This document shows, piece after piece, positions 17,290-24,163 of a stretch of 40,754 nt of DNA. Source of the stretch: a virus; the IMG/VR virus record IMGVR_UViG_3300033475_000073, positions 1 through 40,754 of that record; one strand, written 5' to 3'. The stretch's first letter is position 1; each line of letters begins with the position of its first letter. The notes below the pieces were generated by a model that was not told the origin of the DNA, did not search any database, and saw only the letters and a program-made list of their open reading frames with translations. The translations under genes were made by a program, and so were the position numbers.

Positions 17290-17764
17290 ACGGCGAGCTT
17301 TGAAAGTGTTCTGTGGAGTTGCTCACAAGCGCGCCGTTAACAATTTCCGGCTGCCTCTGCGATCTACGATTTCGCTCGCCACGCAGCCGCGCGAGCCCAT
17401 AAAGGATTGTCGTGTGGTCGAAGCCGGATGTGCGCGCCAGGCCGATCACCGTGTAGTACTGGTTCTCATTGAGAACGCGAGCGAAGGCCTTCCAGCGGAC
17501 GCGAACGACAGGCTTGGATAGGTGCCCCATAAGCACGCTCTTGACGCCAACGCCCGCGAGAGCTGCCTCGGTGCGGCAAGCATTGATCCAAACATCTGCG
17601 GGCGGCTGCTTGGCCTTCCATGCGCCAAGCGTGGGAATTTCGTTCCGCCGAAAGTAGTCGTAGGCAGAAGCCTCGTTAACGCCAACCCGACGCGCAGCCT
17701 CAGCAACGTGCACAGTCTTAGCCAAATCTTCCAGCTGCTCGGCCTGCTCTGCGGTGAAGGTCAT
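17243..17764 (-). CDS. DnaA domain IV-like helix-turn-helix protein (replication factor or GafA-like regulator)
   Basis: 173 aa from the ATG at 17764 (ATGA overlap with the rusA stop). RVRWKAFARVLNENQYYTVIGLARTSGFDHTTILYGLARL resembles the DnaA C-terminal DNA-binding domain. An extra N-terminal HTH is present (VAEAARRVGVNEASAYDYF). Confidence 0.6.
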   Translation of the reverse strand: MTFTAEQAEQLEDLAKTVHVAEAARRVGVNEASAYDYFRRNEIPTLGAWKAKQPPADVWINACRTEAALAGVGVKSVLMGHLSKPVVRVRWKAFARVLNENQYYTVIGLARTSGFDHTTILYGLARLRGERNRRSQRQPEIVNGALVSNSTEHFQSSPCERTFNPSTDGEQIG

Positions 17765-18162
17765 GCCGCCACCCGGTTGATCTGGATTTCCACACCCTTG
17801 ATTGGCGCCCACTCCGCTGAAATCTTGCGAACGTGCTTGGCGTTGTCGTTGGCTATGGCGCCAACCTTCACCAGCAGATCTTCCAACGGCTTGATGCAAT
17901 TGGATGCGTCGCGCGTGGGATGGCTGTCCTCCAGGCGGATCAGGATGTCCACTCGTCCGCCTAGGCGTCCCGTGACCTGAGAACGCAGGATCATGCCGCA
18001 GGTATTCAGCCAGTCGCGGTAGCGCTGGGTTTTGACGCGGCCTGCACCTGGCACGTTGCAGTACAGGTTATTCGTGGACGGCGGCATGATCGGCAATTCA
18101 AGCCGCATCGCCTCGTCCTTGATTTCCCGGCGTTGCACCGGAACGTCCAAACTAAATCTCAT
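17761..18162 (-). CDS. rusA: RusA-family Holliday junction resolvase
   Basis: LELPIMPPSTNNLY...RYRDW...DASNCIKPLEDLL...NDN matches the RusA pattern. An alternative start at 18108 would give 115 aa. Confidence 0.8.
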   Translation of the reverse strand: MRFSLDVPVQRREIKDEAMRLELPIMPPSTNNLYCNVPGAGRVKTQRYRDWLNTCGMILRSQVTGRLGGRVDILIRLEDSHPTRDASNCIKPLEDLLVKVGAIANDNAKHVRKISAEWAPIKGVEIQINRVAA

Positions 18163-18316
18163 ATTCGACCTATGCCCAGCCAGAGCGGTTTACGTTAACG
18201 ATGCAGGGGAATGCCCCGCAGAAGGTATGCATTGAGCCCAAACCAGATGAATGCTGTTAAGGGCCAGAGATTCACGGGAGGTCTCCCGTTTGGTGGAAGT
18301 GTTTTGAACGGCGAAC

Positions 18317-18472
18317 TCATTCGTTGTGCCTATCGACAAGCTGTTTGCTGATTTGTCGCTCGATCTTGTTGGATTCGAGGTCGGCACGGACGCGGGCGCG
18401 GAGTTCAGCCAGGGCGCGGGTGTCGCAGCGCGGGCGCTTGGTCTTGGGCGGAATGTGGAGGTGGAGGGTCAC
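18317..18472 (-). CDS. Hypothetical small protein (GTG start)
   Basis: The GTG at 18472 overlaps the upstream stop (GTGA), with a GGGAGG SD upstream; 51 aa. Confidence 0.4.
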   Translation of the reverse strand: MTLHLHIPPKTKRPRCDTRALAELRARVRADLESNKIERQISKQLVDRHNE

Positions 18473-18852
18473 AGCAGCGGCCTCCCGCCATGCTTGAACA
18501 TGAATCGACATAGGGCTTCGGTAGGAAGCGCAGGATCGAACTCCTCGTCCGGCACGATAGGCTTGCCGTCTGTTACGCCTTGGGCGATAGATCGGAAGAG
18601 CTTGATGGATTTGGTTTCGAGCGGACGAAAATGCTTTGTGCCGTAGCCGCGCTCGAACGTGCCAGTTTTATATTCTCTTGGCGGCGCGACAAGTTCACAA
18701 AGCCGCAGACCAACCTTTCCATCATCTGAAAACACCTCCCGGACCGTGTACACCCGATCTCTTACCGGCCATGGCAGATCGCTATCGGTCCTGCCGTTCG
18801 GCCAGTTATCATTTATGCAGACAATCTTCTGCCCGACGAACCACTCGCTCAT
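18469..18852 (-). CDS. Hypothetical protein
   Basis: 127-aa track ORF with native composition (MSEWFVGQKIVCINDNWPNG...). Confidence 0.65.
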   Translation of the reverse strand: MSEWFVGQKIVCINDNWPNGRTDSDLPWPVRDRVYTVREVFSDDGKVGLRLCELVAPPREYKTGTFERGYGTKHFRPLETKSIKLFRSIAQGVTDGKPIVPDEEFDPALPTEALCRFMFKHGGRPLL

Positions 18853-19202
18853 TCAGCAGCTCCCATTTGCAAATAGCTATTGACCAACATGGAAAGGGCG
18901 CGTTCGCGTTCGGGGTTGAGCGTCGTTTCGCAGCCCATCATCTGCATCGCCATCGCGCGCATCTCGGGAATCTCGCGGCACGCATTCAGGAAGTGCGCCA
19001 GAGACATGGCATTCATGCCCTGCTTGGCGTTCTCGGCGGCACGGACACTCGATCCAGTCGCTTCCGCAATCTCTTTCGCGGAGAAGTCCTGAAGCACTTC
19101 GGCAACGGCGTGGGTTACGTCACGCGTTGAAAAGCGTTCACGAATGGTTTTACGCGGAGCGGCCCGAAAGTTTCGGCGTCCCGACTCCAAAGAAGCTCGC
19201 AT
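18849..19202 (-). CDS. Small HTH-containing regulator-like protein
   Basis: The native-looking part starts at MRASLESG (ATG 19202). It contains FSAKEIAEATGSSVRAAENAKQG. A longer form from 19337 (ATGA-coupled) cannot be excluded. Confidence 0.5.
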   Translation of the reverse strand: MRASLESGRRNFRAAPRKTIRERFSTRDVTHAVAEVLQDFSAKEIAEATGSSVRAAENAKQGMNAMSLAHFLNACREIPEMRAMAMQMMGCETTLNPERERALSMLVNSYLQMGAAE

Positions 19203-19333
19203 GTCATGCCCTCTATCGTGGTTGGGCAAGACCGAGGGGTTATGCAGTGAAACGTGACGTGAGCGTACGATTGAGCAGAAAGGCGTTGCAGCGCCAGTTG
19301 CTCTTGCTGAAACTGAGGCGGTTGTGGATCCGA

Positions 19334-19447
19334 TCATCGGGCCACCCGCCAGCGGTGAAGCTGATTGAAGTATTGAGCCGCCGTCTGGCCCAGAAGGAGC
19401 GCGACAACAAGGCCGGCCAAAATTATCGCGGCGCGGTTTTTAGTCAT
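19334..19447 (-). CDS. Tiny membrane peptide (37 aa)
   Basis: Own reading: MTKNRAAIILAGLVVALLLGQTAAQYFNQLHRWRVAR. Start overlaps the upstream stop (ATGACTAA); stop overlaps the next ATG (ATGA). Confidence 0.4.
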   Translation of the reverse strand: MTKNRAAIILAGLVVALLLGQTAAQYFNQLHRWRVAR

Positions 19448-19541
19448 CGTCACCCCAGGCCCAAGCGAGCGTTCCAAGGATGATCGTGACAATGATGGCG
19501 AAGCAAAACGCCTGACCCGATGACAAGTCCAAAGCGCTCAT
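19440..19541 (-). CDS. Tiny membrane peptide (33 aa)
   Basis: Own reading: MSALDLSSGQAFCFAIIVTIILGTLAWAWGDDD. First ORF of the leftward early operon. Confidence 0.35.
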   Translation of the reverse strand: MSALDLSSGQAFCFAIIVTIILGTLAWAWGDDD

Positions 19542-19679
19542 GAGAACCACCCGCAGACGTTTGTAGGTGTTTCTACGTAGTGGGCGTCGCCTTTGCGCAC
19601 CGCCCTAAACATCTCGACAAGGTTACCCTCATGAAGGCGGGCGTTAGCCGTATAGGGGCGTTGATGGCTCCTGACATTT

Positions 19680-19997
19680 TTGCGACAAGCTGCTCTGTCA
19701 TTGAGCGGTTTGATTATGCTGACACCATTGCCAACACCGGACCACGGGCTATTGGTCATACTCGCGTATTTCACCACACTGCGGCAGCACAAGGGTGTGA
19801 AATGGTGTCGAACACGCGGCATCGGTGGATGCAGGAAGGTGCTGTCGAGCCCAGCGCCGGACTTGTCCGACCTGGGCATGGTCACAATCGACCGCGATCC
19901 CAATGCACTGCATAAGCGCATGGCAGAGACGCGCATGTACCTGGCGTTCCAGTGCCGACTATGCGGACAGTGCGAATTGTCGGAATCGCCGCTGTAG
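19680..19997 (+). CDS. Possible small Cys-containing protein (start uncertain: TTG 19680, ATG 19716 or ATG 19878)
   Basis: Best third-position GC of the competing frames in this region by hand count (about 65-72 percent). The C-terminus MVTIDRDPNALHKRMAETRMYLAFQCRLCGQCELSESPL looks native. Confidence 0.3.
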   Translation: MRQAALSLSGLIMLTPLPTPDHGLLVILAYFTTLRQHKGVKWCRTRGIGGCRKVLSSPAPDLSDLGMVTIDRDPNALHKRMAETRMYLAFQCRLCGQCELSESPL

Positions 19998-20043
19998 CCA
20001 AATTGTGCTACACTGTCACGGATATTCAGATCATGGGGTCCAT

Positions 20044-20424
20044 ATGAAACCCTTGCGCATTCGCAATATATCACAGGCCGAAGTGGCGAATTCAGGCCAC
20101 TCGATCCAATGGCATTTCGTTCTGGAAGATGGAAAGACGTGGGCGTGTGAATGCCCGGCTGACCTGGTACTGCAAATGATGCTGACGTTTCATAACGCGG
20201 CATGTGCGGCAGCACGGGAAAGAAGCGCCGAACAATTCGGCCTGACCTATGCTGAGGAAGCGGTAGGCGTGCGCGCAGGCCGTTTGATGCAAGGCTTCGT
20301 GCTGGAATTTGCGATGAAACGGGGCTTTCCGATGCAGGTGTCCCTGTCGGAACAACTTGCAAAGGACGCGATAAAGCGGATTGACGAGGCGTTTTCGTTT
20401 GCGCCGCCAGAGGCGAAGAATTGA
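20044..20424 (+). CDS. Hypothetical 126-aa protein in the immunity region
   Basis: The native-looking part of the 199-aa track ORF begins at MKPLRIRNISQAEV. Codon usage is typical of the genome (CTG, GCG, GAA rich). Confidence 0.65.
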   Translation: MKPLRIRNISQAEVANSGHSIQWHFVLEDGKTWACECPADLVLQMMLTFHNAACAAARERSAEQFGLTYAEEAVGVRAGRLMQGFVLEFAMKRGFPMQVSLSEQLAKDAIKRIDEAFSFAPPEAKN

Positions 20425-20430
20425 CCATCC

Positions 20431-20628
20431 TCACGCGCTCCCGCCGATAAATTCATGCCAGGGGATGCCCGTAATCTTTTCAAGGCGCTTTGCAGTCTCA
20501 CGCGACGTGCCGCTTATTCCGCGACGGATGCGAGAAATTTGGGACCGGGAGATTTCGCCACCGGCCTTATCGGCCAAGGCAGAATCCCCTATTCCCCGCT
20601 TTGACATCCATTGGGCGAGCTGTGTCAT
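20431..20628 (-). CDS. Cro-like small HTH regulator
   Basis: 65 aa from MTQLAQWMSKRGIGDSALADKAGGEISRSQISRIRRG...AKRLEKITGIPWHEF. Divergent from the CI-like gene across the operator region. Confidence 0.7.
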   Translation of the reverse strand: MTQLAQWMSKRGIGDSALADKAGGEISRSQISRIRRGISGTSRETAKRLEKITGIPWHEFIGGSA

Positions 20629-20632
20629 AGGG

Positions 20633-20741
20633 AAAATGTGCACTAAATGCACGGCTTGTGCAAGAGGTGAACATCCAAAATGTGCATTTGGTGCCATGTT
20701 CGACCGCCGCCAGCCCCCGCAAAATGTGCGTATGGCGAAAA
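20633..20741. promoter_or_regulatory. Multi-site operator of the immunity switch
   Basis: 17-bp sites TGTGCA-N5-TGCACA type: 20637..20653 (TGTGCActaaaTGCACg), 20657..20673 (TGTGCAagaggTGAACA), 20681..20697 (TGTGCAtttggTGCCAt), and a weak one at 20725..20741. AAAATGTGC boxes at 20633, 20677 and 20721 are exactly 44 bp apart. Confidence 0.7.
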
Positions 20742-21067
20742 AGACAAAAAAGGCCGTCAAAGCCCTAGGGCGGCCCCGGCACTACCTGAGGGAATGGCGG
20801 GACTATCGCGGGCTCACGCTGGAACGCCTCGCAGAGCGCATAGGGCTGACGCACGGCACCCTGTCCAAGATTGAGCGGGGAAAGACCGCCTATACACAGC
20901 CGGTCCTAGAGGCCCTTGCAGAGGCCCTACAGACGACGCCGGCCGACCTCATCATGCGCGACCCCAGCAAGCCGAACCCTTGGGCGCCACTTGAGGGCGT
21001 CCCCGAGGCGGATAGACCGCGCCTCATGCAGATCATTCAGACATTTAAGACGGGAACAGACGGGTAA
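20732..21067 (+). CDS. CI-like XRE-family repressor (no peptidase domain)
   Basis: 111 aa from MAKKTKKAVKALGRPRHYLREWRDYRGLTLERLAERIGLTHGTLSKIERGKT. Classic XRE HTH; the protein ends after a short tail. Confidence 0.8.
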   Translation: MAKKTKKAVKALGRPRHYLREWRDYRGLTLERLAERIGLTHGTLSKIERGKTAYTQPVLEALAEALQTTPADLIMRDPSKPNPWAPLEGVPEADRPRLMQIIQTFKTGTDG

Positions 21068-21082
21068 AAGGCTGTTTTTATT

Positions 21083-21400
21083 ATGATTTCCGCAGCTATT
21101 CGCTTCTGTTTGACGGTCCTGCTTGTTGTAGTCCCGGCTGCGGGCTGTAGCCGCCTCTCCGCCGGCCGGGCCGAAGCGGGCTGTGAGCTGGATGCCGTAA
21201 AATTTGAGGGCATTCACGCAAAGGATGCCGGTGGCGATTCGCGGTGGTCTGACATTGCCGAGCATGTCGAACTCTGCATGAGGATCCACGGGTTCAAGCA
21301 AACTGGCGGCAAAGGCTGCATCGACAATGATGCGTCGGCCCTAGCCCGGTATGTCAGGGCAACCTCCCCCAAGTGCTACAGCTACGATCTAAGCCTCTGA
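21083..21400 (+). CDS. Putative lipoprotein, co-oriented downstream of the repressor
   Basis: 105 aa. Signal-peptide-like N-terminus with a lipobox-like VVPAAGC; several further Cys. Confidence 0.65.
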   Translation: MISAAIRFCLTVLLVVVPAAGCSRLSAGRAEAGCELDAVKFEGIHAKDAGGDSRWSDIAEHVELCMRIHGFKQTGGKGCIDNDASALARYVRATSPKCYSYDLSL

Positions 21401-21432
21401 TTCAGCGGATTTAGCCAGCCAGACGAAAATAG

Positions 21433-21482
21433 TGTTCTCCTGGTGCACATTTCGCTAGACAGCGCTGTGCATATCGTGCACA
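21433..21482. promoter_or_regulatory. Second operator set upstream of the rightward early operon
   Basis: Perfect palindrome TGTGCAtatcgTGCACA at 21466..21482. GTGCACATTT at 21443..21452 is the exact reverse complement of AAATGTGCAC in the first operator. Confidence 0.65.
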
Positions 21483-21546
21483 CTCTCCCTCACCTGCCGC
21501 CTGCTTCGGTAGGGCTCCCGGATGGGCCGGGATTGGAGGGATCGCC

Positions 21547-22272
21547 GTGGAACAGTCAATTACTGCCGATGTGGCGAAGAAGGTTCTTGAGGTCGTTGAT
21601 GCCGGTCTCGCGAATGGCCTTGGCAAGCCAAAGCCGGGCCAGATGTGTGTCGAAGCGGCAGTCTGCTACGCTCTCGGACTCCCGCACAGCGATGACCCCA
21701 AGTGCGTGTCTCGCGCACTGCGTCAGTTGAAAATCAGGCTCAACGATAGCAATTGGTCGAGCAATGAAGCTCGCGCCAAGGGCCTTCGACGCCTCGCACT
21801 GATCCAGTTGGGCAGCGCCGGCACCCTAGATGACCGGGCTTTCGCAAAGCGCGTTGCCGAACTCGCAATCAGGAAGTCCGTCCCCGCCGCGCTGCGCGCT
21901 GCGGCTTCTATACAGAAGGATGCGCATCACGCCTCTGCGCTTCGCGACGCTGCGGACCGCTGCGAAAAATCTGGAACAGAAGAAGAAGCGCTGAAAGCGA
22001 AAAGTGCCGCCAACGCCGCCAACGCCGCCAACGCCGCCGCCGACGCCGCCGCCTACGCCGCCTACGCCGCCAACGCCGCCAACGCCGCCAACGCCGCCGC
22101 CGACGCCGCCGACGCCGCCGCCTACGCCGCCAACGCCGCCGCCGACGCCGCCGCCAACGCCGCCTACGCCGCTCGCGACAAGTCGCTCGCCACGTTCTGC
22201 GAAGACGTAGTCCAAATCCTAATCGAGATGAATGTCCCTGGCGTCCAGTGGCTTCATCTCACCGAGATCTGA
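21547..22272 (+). CDS. Ala-rich repeat protein (AAN/AAD/AAY periodic repeats), function unknown
   Basis: 241 aa, GTG start. Globular N-terminal half, then SAANAANAANAAADAAAYAAYAANAANAANAAADAADAAAYAANAAADAAANAAYAA, then a short C-terminal tail. Confidence 0.7.
   Translation: MEQSITADVAKKVLEVVDAGLANGLGKPKPGQMCVEAAVCYALGLPHSDDPKCVSRALRQLKIRLNDSNWSSNEARAKGLRRLALIQLGSAGTLDDRAFAKRVAELAIRKSVPAALRAAASIQKDAHHASALRDAADRCEKSGTEEEALKAKSAANAANAANAAADAAAYAAYAANAANAANAAADAADAAAYAANAAADAAANAAYAARDKSLATFCEDVVQILIEMNVPGVQWLHLTEI
22006..22173 (+). repeat. Triplet-phased GCC-rich tandem repeat with a 60-bp higher-order duplication
   Basis: Units gccgccaac / gccgccgccgac / gccgcctac. 22006..22051 is identical to 22066..22111 (46 nt). 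Confidence 0.9.
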
Positions 22273-22298
22273 CCCGAACACTGGCCCCGCAGCCAGTC

Positions 22299-22358
22299 AC
22301 CACCGGGTTGGTTCTTATCCCCCAGCCCCTTCAAGGATCAATCCGGTGGTTTCTATTT
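22299..22358 (+). terminator. Possible long-loop terminator after the Ala-repeat gene
   Basis: ACCACCGG (22299..22306) pairs with CCGGTGGT (22343..22350), followed by TTCTATTT. The 36-nt loop makes it weak. Confidence 0.3.
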
Positions 22359-22368
22359 GGAGGATGGA

Positions 22369-22632
22369 ATGAGTGACGCAGCTAAAAACGAAGTTTTGTC
22401 CCTTGTTGCCAACCTTGCCGCCGTCGTCCGCGTCCAAAACGGCAACCGGCACAGCGACACAAATTCTCTTTTAGCTCATGCATCGCAGTTTCTGTCGGAC
22501 GCCGCAATTATCAGGCAACGGGACGGGTTGTTGGAAGCGCTGCAAGACCTGATGGAATACTACAGCGGCGCTCCATATCCCGCCATCGAGCGAGCTAAAG
22601 CCGCCATCGCCAAAGTCAAAGGTGACGTATGA
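22369..22632 (+). CDS. Hypothetical protein
   Basis: The ATG at 22369 is preceded by GGAGGA. 87 aa of the 91-aa track ORF. Confidence 0.6.
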   Translation: MSDAAKNEVLSLVANLAAVVRVQNGNRHSDTNSLLAHASQFLSDAAIIRQRDGLLEALQDLMEYYSGAPYPAIERAKAAIAKVKGDV

Positions 22633-23018
22633 CCCGCTCAGTCTTCCTTGCACCGCTTGGCCGCTTCTATCTGGTCGAGGTCGATGAAACCACCATCCTC
22701 GAAATCAACAACCTCCCTCGCGGCAAAGACCTATCCGAACAGGATGCTATCGAACTCCTTGAACAGAACGAGGATGCAGTAGCGATCTATGAGGTGTGCG
22801 AAGGGCGGTTTTCAGATGCGTCTGCGAATATTGCAGAGGTCTGGTTGAAGCAACTCGCGGCGGATTTCGTGCCGGGCGAAACCGACTGGCCCGACTTCAT
22901 CAAGCGCCACGTTTCGCCTTCGACACTACACGATATCGAGGAAGAAATCTACGCAGAACGCTCTTGGGCTCGTCAGGAATTGAACGAGCGCATTCTTTCA
23001 GTGGGGCAGTTGGTATGA
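22629..23018 (+). CDS. Hypothetical protein
   Basis: 129-aa track ORF; ATGA overlaps at both ends. Confidence 0.65.
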   Translation: MTRSVFLAPLGRFYLVEVDETTILEINNLPRGKDLSEQDAIELLEQNEDAVAIYEVCEGRFSDASANIAEVWLKQLAADFVPGETDWPDFIKRHVSPSTLHDIEEEIYAERSWARQELNERILSVGQLV

Positions 23019-23281
23019 AAGAAGTCAAAAAGATTTTCATCACGAGATACGCCCTATCTGCCGGTATCCAAGTTCGCGAGTGCGAGATTACTGGTGACGT
23101 TGCAAGGCCGCTTTGTGATGGCTGGCAATTCTTCCATGTCGAAGGAAGGGACTGGCACAGGACGCTAGACGGGGCGATGGCCCGCGCCAACGAAATGCGT
23201 AAAACGAAGATCGTATCACTCAATAAGCAGATCAAGCGTCTCGACGCACTGGTGTTCAACGTAAAGGACACAACCCCATGA
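23015..23281 (+). CDS. Hypothetical protein
   Basis: 88 aa from MKEVKKIFITRYALSAG; the ATG overlaps the upstream stop (ATGA). Confidence 0.6.
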   Translation: MKEVKKIFITRYALSAGIQVRECEITGDVARPLCDGWQFFHVEGRDWHRTLDGAMARANEMRKTKIVSLNKQIKRLDALVFNVKDTTP

Positions 23282-23439
23282 TCGGAGACACAGACTATTC
23301 CTGGATGGACGAAGTGACGATACGTCCTCCGCTTCCATATCGAATGAGACAGTCAAGGTTCAGATACGTCTTCCTGTCCCTGTGTGTGGTGGCCGCAGGA
23401 ATTGGCGCGCTAATCGCAGCATTGCATTTGAGAGGTTAA
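23278..23439 (+). CDS. Small C-terminally membrane-anchored protein (53 aa)
   Basis: Own reading: MIGDTDYSWMDEVTIRPPLPYRMRQSRFRYVFLSLCVVAAGIGALIAALHLRG. ATGA overlap upstream; stop 1 nt before the erf ATG. Confidence 0.45.
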   Translation: MIGDTDYSWMDEVTIRPPLPYRMRQSRFRYVFLSLCVVAAGIGALIAALHLRG

Positions 23440-23440
23440 A

Positions 23441-24163
23441 ATGAACGCGCCTGCCAAGATAAAGCCTGAAGAAGCGAAGCCGGTTCACACGTTCTCGGAG
23501 GCCCTAGTCAGGCTTCAGGCCGCAATCCGGCCGGCGATCAAGGATGCCAACAACCCAGCATTCAGGGCGAAATATGCCGACCTGGGGGCTGTGTGGGAGG
23601 CGGTAAAGGATCCGCTCAAGGAGAATGGATTTGCGGTCGTACAGATGCCGCAGTTCGAGGGCGACACCATGTACCTCGAAACTATGCTTATACATGAAAG
23701 CGGTGACAAGCTGACGGGTCGCTATCCGCTCAGGCCCTCCAAGCCTGATCCGCAAGGGTATGGATCGGCTATCACGTATGCCAGGCGCTACGCCATCAGC
23801 GCCATGCTGGGCGTCATCGCTGATGATGACGACGACGGCAATGCCGCCAGCAATGTTGGTCAGCGTACTGTACAGACCGCACCCGCCAAACCAGCAACCC
23901 CTCACAATGCCGAGCAGGATCAAGACGTGACCGATGGCGTCACTAACTGGGTAGAAGCTCAGAAGCGCTTCCTCAACGCCTGTGGTGCCCTTCCCTCCGT
24001 CTACACATGGCTTGAGAAGATCGCGGGCGCCGGCACGATCACCGACCCAGACACCAGCAGCCCGCTCGACCGCCTCAAGAAGAAGTCGCCCGAAGCTTAC
24101 GGCGAAATCGTCCAAGCGTTTCAGCTTCGCCTCAGGCAGATCAATTCCAAGGAGAGCAAATGA
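23441..24163 (+). CDS. erf: ERF-family single-strand annealing protein
   Basis: NPAFRAKYADLGAVWEAV...MLIHESGD...GYGSAITYARRYAISAMLGVIADDDDDGN matches the ERF superfamily pattern. Confidence 0.88.
   Translation: MNAPAKIKPEEAKPVHTFSEALVRLQAAIRPAIKDANNPAFRAKYADLGAVWEAVKDPLKENGFAVVQMPQFEGDTMYLETMLIHESGDKLTGRYPLRPSKPDPQGYGSAITYARRYAISAMLGVIADDDDDGNAASNVGQRTVQTAPAKPATPHNAEQDQDVTDGVTNWVEAQKRFLNACGALPSVYTWLEKIAGAGTITDPDTSSPLDRLKKKSPEAYGEIVQAFQLRLRQINSKESK

Noticed and set aside
17765-17899. N-terminal 45-codon extension of the DnaA-domain-like gene (track ORF 17243..17899), and similar extensions of track ORFs 20431..20760, 20381..21067, 27438..27986 and 25324..25797
   Set aside because: The extensions overlap upstream genes and have non-native composition. 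Internal ATGs have SD sequences or ATGA coupling and give products that begin where family similarity begins.
18274-18289. Hairpin ACGGGAG-gt-CTCCCGT in the 154-bp gap upstream of rusA as a terminator
   Set aside because: The 2-nt loop is sterically poor. The T-run lies on the plus strand, where no gene ends, and there is no U-tract in the transcribed (minus) orientation.
19538-20434. 298-aa minus-strand ORF spanning the immunity-left region
   Set aside because: The product is Ser/Arg/Pro/His/Cys-rich throughout, and its upstream half is antisense to a plus-strand gene with typical codon usage (20044..20424). Only its last ~70 codons (19538..19759) remain an open question; that is noted in the findings.
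21826-22215. 129-aa minus-strand ORF with (GGV)n repeats and the 68-aa plus-strand ORF 22004..22210 with (PPT)n repeats
   Set aside because: Both are alternative-frame or antisense readings of the GCC-rich triplet repeat. The Ala-repeat frame (21547..22272) has a proper N-terminal domain, start context and operator upstream.
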